This document shows positions 26,494 to 32,000 of a stretch of DNA of 32,000 bases, one piece after another. The stretch spans positions 30,001 to 62,000 of the forward strand of contig CAZECW010000060.1 of assembly GCA_964510585.1 (NCBI GenBank), given 5' to 3'. The stretch is from an uncultured archaeon (GTDB taxonomy: Archaea > Asgardarchaeota > Jordiarchaeia > Jordiarchaeales > Jordiarchaeaceae). A program made the translations under genes and the position numbers. How positions within the stretch are numbered: position 1 is the first letter of the stretch; each line of letters opens with the position of its first letter. Below the pieces are notes generated by a model, which worked only from the letters and a program-made list of their open reading frames with translations, ran no database searches and had not been told where the DNA came from.

Positions 26494-27651
26494 TCATCTG
26501 CCCACAATAACCACGCAGTGCATTTGCCCACAGGGACCGGTAGTCCCATGTGCCAGCGCTGTTTCTACTTCAGGCACTTGGCGTTTACCTGCTTCACCCC
26601 AGCACTGCTCTACAGTTTCAACCAGTCTGGTTAAACCTGCCACGATGTAGGGGTTTCCTGCAAGCATACCGCCTGAGGTATTGACTGGTAGCTCTCCGTC
26701 CATTTCAGTTATTCCCTCATCTATGAGCCTTCCGGCGTCACCTCTTTTACAGAAGTCCAGTCCCTCTAACCATAAAAGTTCCTGATAGGAGAAGGGTTCT
26801 GAAATTTCTGCAACGTCAATCTCCTTCAAGGGCTTATTGATACCTGCAAGTTCATAGGCTCTCTTGGCAGCTATGGTTAATGCGGAACACTCGGTAAGGT
26901 CTCGGTCGCCGAGGTAGTGGGAGTCGTAGCAGTTGCCCATTCCCTTAATCCAGACTGGTTCTCTCCCCTTTTCCCTAGCTATTTCCTTAGCTCTCTTCTC
27001 CGATGCCAGAATCAAGGCACATGCACCATCCGAAACAGGAGCTGCTTCAAGGGATTTGATGGGGTAAGATAATATTTCTGATTGAAGAACGTCGTCCACA
27101 CTTATGTTCATCGGTTGGTAGGCGTAGGGATTATTAAACGCGTTTCTATGATTTTTAACTGAAACCTTAGCAAAATGCTCCTCAGACAAGCCGTATTTAT
27201 TCATGTACCAACTTGCCTGTAACCCTGCAGAAGAGAGATAATCTAACCCCAACATCTGCTGGTAAACAGGATCAAAAACCCAATTAGTAATATCGTAGTG
27301 AGTACCCCTGGAACCTAAACAGTGGGCTACAACCATGACAACGTCAAAGTCGCCCGATAGAATATTTAAAGCTGCATGGAAGGCGGCCAGAATGCCGTCG
27401 TCGGCAACTCTGGTTTCTGAACCCATAACGCCCCCAACCACTTCAGTGAGGAATGCGCCAGAAGCAGTGGCGCCGTCCCAGAGGTCTACAGAGGCGCTCA
27501 CAGTGTTTTCGATGTCCTTTATGTTTAGACCTGCATCCTCCAGAACCTTGGTTACAACCTCGTAAGCAACTTCGGGAATGGTTTTATTCAGCACTAAACC
27601 ATATTTTGATTGTGCTGTCCCAACAATACCCACTTTTTCTGGTAGACCCAT
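26494..27651 (-). CDS. Thiolase-fold protein, Ltp4-like (probable aldolase subunit)
   Basis: S.D..DG, E.RV..D, FDP....L..D..S.AGLQA, APVSDGACA, VNTSGG.LAGNP and AHGTTGP.GQ motifs. ATG start at 27651; the ORF-track start at 27750 overlaps the upstream gene. Confidence 0.82.
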   Translation of the reverse strand: MGLPEKVGIVGTAQSKYGLVLNKTIPEVAYEVVTKVLEDAGLNIKDIENTVSASVDLWDGATASGAFLTEVVGGVMGSETRVADDGILAAFHAALNILSGDFDVVMVVAHCLGSRGTHYDITNWVFDPVYQQMLGLDYLSSAGLQASWYMNKYGLSEEHFAKVSVKNHRNAFNNPYAYQPMNISVDDVLQSEILSYPIKSLEAAPVSDGACALILASEKRAKEIAREKGREPVWIKGMGNCYDSHYLGDRDLTECSALTIAAKRAYELAGINKPLKEIDVAEISEPFSYQELLWLEGLDFCKRGDAGRLIDEGITEMDGELPVNTSGGMLAGNPYIVAGLTRLVETVEQCWGEAGKRQVPEVETALAHGTTGPCGQMHCVVIVGR

Positions 27652-27685
27652 TCTTCTACACCTAGTAGTCACTTGTTTTGGGAAT

Positions 27686-28486
27686 TCATTTGTCCTTGAA
27701 TTCCGCCTTTCTTTTTTCCAAAAAGGCGGCCATTCCTTCCCTTGTATCAAAAGTTGTGAAATTTATTAGAACAGTGTTTATGGAGTAGTCTATTGCTGTG
27801 TCTAGGTCGGTTGTCATCCATTTGTGAATGATGTCCTTCTGTGTGGCGAACACCGTGTTGCTATACCTTGTAAGTGTGTCTACCCACCGCTGAACTTCTT
27901 TGTCCAGTTCTTCTGGTGGCACCACTGCATTAACTAGTCCCCGCCGCTCTGCTTTTTCAGCATCCCAAAATTTTCCTGTAAGAGCCAGTTCTCTTGCGCC
28001 CATTATGCCAATAGCTTGAACCAGAATTGCGGCTTCCACAATGGCTGGGATTCCAACCTTGATGTTGGGAAGGCCGAACTTGGAGCGGTTAGTGGCAATT
28101 ATGAAGTCGCATGAAATTGCTAGTTCAAGTCCCGCCCCTAAACAGTAACCGTCAACAGCGCATATGATGGGTCTTTCACAGGTTCTACAGGCGAGAAAGG
28201 TTTTGTGTAATTGCTTGGGAATCTCTCTTTGCTTCCAAACTTCGCTGGGAAGGCTTACAAAATCGATGTCTGTTCCGGCGCTGAAAGCCTTATCTGTGGT
28301 GGATTTGATGACTATTACCTTTACTTCATCATCTTTTTGAAACTCTTTCAGTGTTTCCTCTATTTCGACTAATAGGTCCATGTTGATGGCGTTCAATTTT
28401 TCGGGGCGATTCAGAAATATTCTACCTACCGGAGGATCTTTTTGGGTGATTATTGTTTTGAGTTTTTTCTCTTCTTTTACTACCAA
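27686..28486 (-). CDS. Crotonase-family protein, atypical (second catalytic Glu replaced by Asn)
   Basis: NRPEKLNAI, FSAGTD, LGAGLEL, then FGLPNIKVGIP instead of FGLPE. SD GGAGG upstream. Confidence 0.88.
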   Translation of the reverse strand: MVVKEEKKLKTIITQKDPPVGRIFLNRPEKLNAINMDLLVEIEETLKEFQKDDEVKVIVIKSTTDKAFSAGTDIDFVSLPSEVWKQREIPKQLHKTFLACRTCERPIICAVDGYCLGAGLELAISCDFIIATNRSKFGLPNIKVGIPAIVEAAILVQAIGIMGARELALTGKFWDAEKAERRGLVNAVVPPEELDKEVQRWVDTLTRYSNTVFATQKDIIHKWMTTDLDTAIDYSINTVLINFTTFDTREGMAAFLEKRKAEFKDK

Positions 28487-28622
28487 CGAAATATGCCTCC
28501 TTCTAGAGTTAGTTTGTGTAAAATATACATTCTAATATACTCTTAACTTTGGAATTATATGTCCTATTGGATATTGGAGTTTTGTATCCTTGCAATTTTG
28601 CCATAAAAATCTTTTGTGATTT

Positions 28623-30362
28623 TTATAGCACTCCGAGGAAGAATCGTTCAGGGTCAAAGATTCTCAAGAGGAATAATTCTTGTTCGGATGGCGGTTCAAT
28701 TTTTTCAAGAGGGTCTGCTAACTCAACCTTCCATCCAGTGTTCTGTATAATTTTTTGAATCATTTCACTCTCCGAAATTCCTCTTTGAGCATAGTATTTT
28801 TTCAGAACCATAATTCCGTGTTCTTTTTCGAAAACTGCATGTGAGGTTATGATTTTGCTAACCTTTTCCCCGGGACATGTTATGTAGGGCACCTTATCTA
28901 CAAGACGCTCTTTGTTTTGCACCATTATCACCATGGTCTCCCTAGCTCTAGCAACTATGTCGTTGGCGCCCCCACTGCCCACCAGTGTAACTCCATCAGT
29001 TCTTGTTGAGTTAATGTTTCCGTACTTGTCAACTTGTCCAGCAGACAGAATGGCCATAGACTTGGGATAGTTGACATTTATTCCAATAGAACCCACCAAA
29101 TCGGTTATCATTTTGCATGTGGGTATGTTTGCCATAGTAAATATGAATGGGTCTGTTGGTTTTGGAAGATATCCAAACATGCCCCACTCCACGAGTAGAT
29201 CTACCAGAATGTTCTCAGATCTTAGTGTGTGGGTTGCCAGCCATGCAGCTAAGTTTGCCATGCCGATTCCTGCAAGGAGAATCTTGTAATCTTTACTTTT
29301 TATCGTTTTAACTAGTTCTCTGGAAGCTGTGACGATGGCTCTTTCCTCTTCGGTAAAATTATTGAAACTAGGCATATTACGTATAGTGTGGGGAAGCAGC
29401 TGCTTCCAGGAGTCGGGGTTACCTCTCCCCCTAAGAATCATCAGTCTCTCGAAGCCTAGTTTGTTCAAGTAACCTTGAAAGTTTCCAACATCATAAATCC
29501 ACTCTTTTATCCACTTTTGCATAGTCTCCTCTTTTTTACTGGCATTATTTAATTCGATATTAAAGGGAATATCTTGGTAATAGCTTGAGCCGTCAGGAGC
29601 GTAGAAAGAGAAGGGGTGAGCTCCAAAAGGAGTCTCACAAACAGCTTTTACAAAGTGGCCGGGAATATCAACCATTGGAGCGTTTTTCCTAATGAAATCC
29701 GTTGAAACAATTTTCTCAACTGTTACTATTGCCCCATTACGGCTAGCATAAGCGCCGTAAGCTCTTTCACTCATAGGTAACCCTATTATAGTGTTCCCAT
29801 TTGGGTCGGCGCACCAAGCATGGAGTATAGAGAAGTCGGGCTTCACAGCCTTGAGTAAACCCACTTTTTCCCCACTTCCAAAGGGATCATCAATGACAAG
29901 GAAGCTATCTTTTAACTCCTTCTCCATAGTTGAACCTATCATAGACTTTGTGGGTATAAACTTGACATCCAGAGCTCCCGCTAATAGTCTTAGAACTATG
30001 GAAAGCATTGACCAGTGCTCCACTTCCATGCCCTTATCAATAGCTCTCTGAAAGGCCCTTGAAGGAGAGGGGGCTGGAAAAACATTACCCATATAGCTTG
30101 CTATCAGCTTTTTTATTAGATTCGATGCCGCGAGTATCTGAACTTGCAGGGCGCTTCCTAAACAAATTATTTCAAACTGCGGATTCTTGTCTCTGAACTG
30201 TCTACATATTTCGCTTATGGCACTAAATGAACTCCTATTAGTAGATATGTGTAAAAACATTTTAGGTCGTATGTATTTCTTTATTGCTTCTTCCAAGGGG
30301 AGAACTTTGCTCTCTCCTTCGTAGAGCTCTGTTTTGAAAATGTCTTCATACTCTTTAGACAA
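28623..30362 (-). CDS. Class I CoA-transferase, alpha and beta subunits fused (GctAB/CatIJ-like)
   Basis: Alpha part WS..S...RLLAGA..V.F.PT.S..GS and H...AD..GN. Beta part AGIG.ANLAA, LVEWG (catalytic Glu position), GQVDKYGNINST and GSGGAND. Confidence 0.88.
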   Translation of the reverse strand: MSKEYEDIFKTELYEGESKVLPLEEAIKKYIRPKMFLHISTNRSSFSAISEICRQFRDKNPQFEIICLGSALQVQILAASNLIKKLIASYMGNVFPAPSPSRAFQRAIDKGMEVEHWSMLSIVLRLLAGALDVKFIPTKSMIGSTMEKELKDSFLVIDDPFGSGEKVGLLKAVKPDFSILHAWCADPNGNTIIGLPMSERAYGAYASRNGAIVTVEKIVSTDFIRKNAPMVDIPGHFVKAVCETPFGAHPFSFYAPDGSSYYQDIPFNIELNNASKKEETMQKWIKEWIYDVGNFQGYLNKLGFERLMILRGRGNPDSWKQLLPHTIRNMPSFNNFTEEERAIVTASRELVKTIKSKDYKILLAGIGMANLAAWLATHTLRSENILVDLLVEWGMFGYLPKPTDPFIFTMANIPTCKMITDLVGSIGINVNYPKSMAILSAGQVDKYGNINSTRTDGVTLVGSGGANDIVARARETMVIMVQNKERLVDKVPYITCPGEKVSKIITSHAVFEKEHGIMVLKKYYAQRGISESEMIQKIIQNTGWKVELADPLEKIEPPSEQELFLLRIFDPERFFLGVL

Positions 30363-30437
30363 GTTTAAACCCTCATATCCGATTTTATTTGTCTTAACGA
30401 TTTCCTCATTTTATGGGAACCGAGATTAAATGCATAC

Positions 30438-31484
30438 CTAGATTTGAATCACAATTCTAATGGGGTTTCCCACCTTTTTCTCCAATCTTTCCAGTCCCTC
30501 ATTTACCTGTTCAAGTTTTAACACCTGACTAATAGACCGTGAAAGATCAAGCTTCTTCATTTTAATTAACTCCAATATTCGGTCAATCTCCTCCTTGTTG
30601 CTGCCAAACGAGCCCATAACCTGATCTTCGCAGTAAACGAATATGTAGGGTGAAACCAGTTCTATTTTTTCTGGCCCAATTCCCACAATGACCGCTCTTC
30701 CACCTTTTCGAATACTTTTAACTGCTCGGTCTATGGTAGTCGCCATTCCCACGAATTCTAAAGCCAAGTCCACACCCTTGCCCCCTGTGATTTCGCTGAT
30801 TCTTTTACCCGTTTTCTCCCTAGCAGAATTTATGGTGAAGTCAGCTCCCAGCATCTTGGACCTTTCAAGAATTTCATCAGAAACATCTATAGCAATAATT
30901 TTGGAGGCCCCAGCCAATTTAGCTATCTGTATTGCGTGAGAGCCTAAACCTCCACATCCAAAAATAGCTACGGTCTCACCTAACCTTAGGTTTCCACGGG
31001 TGATTATCGCGTGGTATGGAGTTGCGACAGCATCACCAATAATGGCGGCTTGTTCGAAGGGAACACCCTCTGGTATTTTTGTAAGACAATTTTTAGGTAT
31101 TTTCAGGTAATCTGCCAAGCCACCATCTACGTGAAGACCCAGTATTTGAGCATTTACACAAAGCGCTTCGCGACCACTTCTACACGCGTAGCATGCGCCA
31201 CACGTGATGGAGGAAATAACTAGAACTTTATCTCCAATCTTCCATCCTTCCACCCCTTCTCCTATTTCCGCGATTTCTCCAGCTATCTCGTGTCCCAGAG
31301 TTATTGGTGTTTTTGCGGGGGGAATGGTGCCGTCGCGGGCTATGTGCACATCTGTGCCACAGATCCCACAGGCCTTAACTTTTATCAGCACCTCTCCCGC
31401 CCCAATTTTGGGAATAGGTAATTTTTCGATAGTTAGGGGTTCGCCGGCTTTGTAGAATCTTGCGGCTCTCATAGTAGCTTCCAT
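30438..31484 (-). CDS. Zinc-dependent medium-chain alcohol dehydrogenase
   Basis: CGICGTD, GHE, structural Zn CGACYACRSG...C, and Rossmann GCGGLG. Confidence 0.93.
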   Translation of the reverse strand: MEATMRAARFYKAGEPLTIEKLPIPKIGAGEVLIKVKACGICGTDVHIARDGTIPPAKTPITLGHEIAGEIAEIGEGVEGWKIGDKVLVISSITCGACYACRSGREALCVNAQILGLHVDGGLADYLKIPKNCLTKIPEGVPFEQAAIIGDAVATPYHAIITRGNLRLGETVAIFGCGGLGSHAIQIAKLAGASKIIAIDVSDEILERSKMLGADFTINSAREKTGKRISEITGGKGVDLALEFVGMATTIDRAVKSIRKGGRAVIVGIGPEKIELVSPYIFVYCEDQVMGSFGSNKEEIDRILELIKMKKLDLSRSISQVLKLEQVNEGLERLEKKVGNPIRIVIQI

Positions 31485-31509
31485 TAGTCACTAGCACTCC
31501 TATACTTTT

Positions 31510-32000
31510 TTAAAGCTTGAACACCTTTATGGCATTATCTCTTAGGAGTTTTTTCTTTACTTCGTAGCTTAAACCTAGTTCGTCAATCTCTTTAAGGCAT
31601 CTCTTGAAGTCTAGAAGGGGATAATCAGTTCCCCAGAGGACTTTATCCTGCCCCCAGGTTGCCACGAACTGTTTGAATGATCCGGGCCAGAATTTGGGTG
31701 CACGAGCAGAGGTGTCTATATAAACATTTGGAAATTTCCACGCTAAAATCATCATTTCCTCATGCCAAGGCTGACCAAGATGTCCGCCAATTATTTTCAG
31801 CTCAGGGAAAAACAAAGCAACCTCATCCAAGTATATGGGTCGCGCACACTCTGATGGCAAAAGCGGTCCGGTGTGACCTATCTGGATGGTAACCGGTATG
31901 TCAAGCTCGACACATTTTGCATAGATAGGATAATAGTATTTGTGATTTGGAGGCAAACCCACAATGCCGTCCGCATACTGGTAAGGCTCCAACTTGATGG
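31510..32000 (-). CDS. Amidohydrolase_2 family metallo-hydrolase, 5' part outside the window
   Basis: YYPIYAKC.EL.IPV..Q.GHTGP..PSE..RP, FPELKI..GH.G.PW, PNVYIDTSA and KVLWGTDYP. The frame stays open to the window edge. Confidence 0.9.
   Translation of the reverse strand, partial: IKLEPYQYADGIVGLPPNHKYYYPIYAKCVELDIPVTIQIGHTGPLLPSECARPIYLDEVALFFPELKIIGGHLGQPWHEEMMILAWKFPNVYIDTSARAPKFWPGSFKQFVATWGQDKVLWGTDYPLLDFKRCLKEIDELGLSYEVKKKLLRDNAIKVFKL

Noticed and set aside
24352-27651. Mevalonate-pathway thiolase/DUF35/HMG-CoA synthase complex, or benzoylsuccinyl-CoA thiolase BbsAB
   Set aside because: There is no HMG-CoA synthase or bss/bbs gene in the window, and both thiolase folds lack the nucleophile Cys.
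27652-27750. 33-aa N-terminal extension of the Ltp4-like protein in the ORF track
   Set aside because: It overlaps the upstream crotonase by 65 bp. Homology begins at MGLPEKVGIVG (ATG 27651).
21417-30362. An IpdAB/IpdC/EchA20 steroid C/D-ring cleavage cluster
   Set aside because: The gene types are similar, but the transferase beta domain retains the canonical Glu (VEWG) and GSGGAND of true Gct-type transferases and does not resemble IpdB as I recall it.
779-31892. Numerous 60-110 aa ORF-track entries antisense to or nested within real genes (e.g. 779-976, 1101-1358, 1956-2201, 4698-4985, 10224-10550, 18564-18860, 22638-22847)
   Set aside because: They overlap well-supported genes, have no recognisable motifs and show shadow-ORF composition.
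1-32000. Selenocysteine/pyrrolysine readthrough, CRISPR arrays, tRNAs, transposases or integrases
   Set aside because: TGA/TAG stops fall at expected protein ends. I saw no regularly spaced repeats, cloverleafs or recombinase motifs. The 21219-21241 hairpin lacks SECIS consensus.

Overview
Archaeal chromosomal window with no CRISPR array, tRNA/rRNA gene or mobile element that I can support. The lineage cannot be fixed from sequence alone; an Asgard-like anaerobe is my guess. Bases 1-9800 are housekeeping: rps8e (partial), hypA, srp19, gar1, a His-rich small protein, trm1, rnhB, a COG1395-type HTH protein, DUF61, fibrillarin, nop5, pyrD and pyrK. Bases 9900-21100 are accessory: an orphan coiled-coil protein ending in an HbYX-like YYV tail, a polyprenol/dolichol-kinase-family protein, a FAD-oxidoreductase plus CCG Fe-S pair whose Fe-S subunit carries an extra C-terminal domain, a divergent aldehyde dehydrogenase, a GbsR/MarR regulator, a Yip1 protein, a QueG/RdhA-like Fe-S protein and an extended HtpX protease. 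Bases 21400-32000 hold an acyl-CoA catabolic cluster that runs off the window: amidohydrolase, Zn-ADH, fused class I CoA-transferase, an atypical crotonase, two thiolase-fold proteins lacking thiolase catalytic residues, two DUF35 proteins, a canonical crotonase, a BKACE and a convergent NMO/FabK-like flavoprotein. The core most resembles the actinobacterial Ltp4/Ltp3/DUF35 retro-aldolase module used on branched sterol side chains. My best candidate for an undescribed system is therefore an archaeal retro-aldol route for branched (isoprenoid/steroid-like) acyl-CoAs. All family assignments come from motif recognition and recalled sequences, not from database searches.
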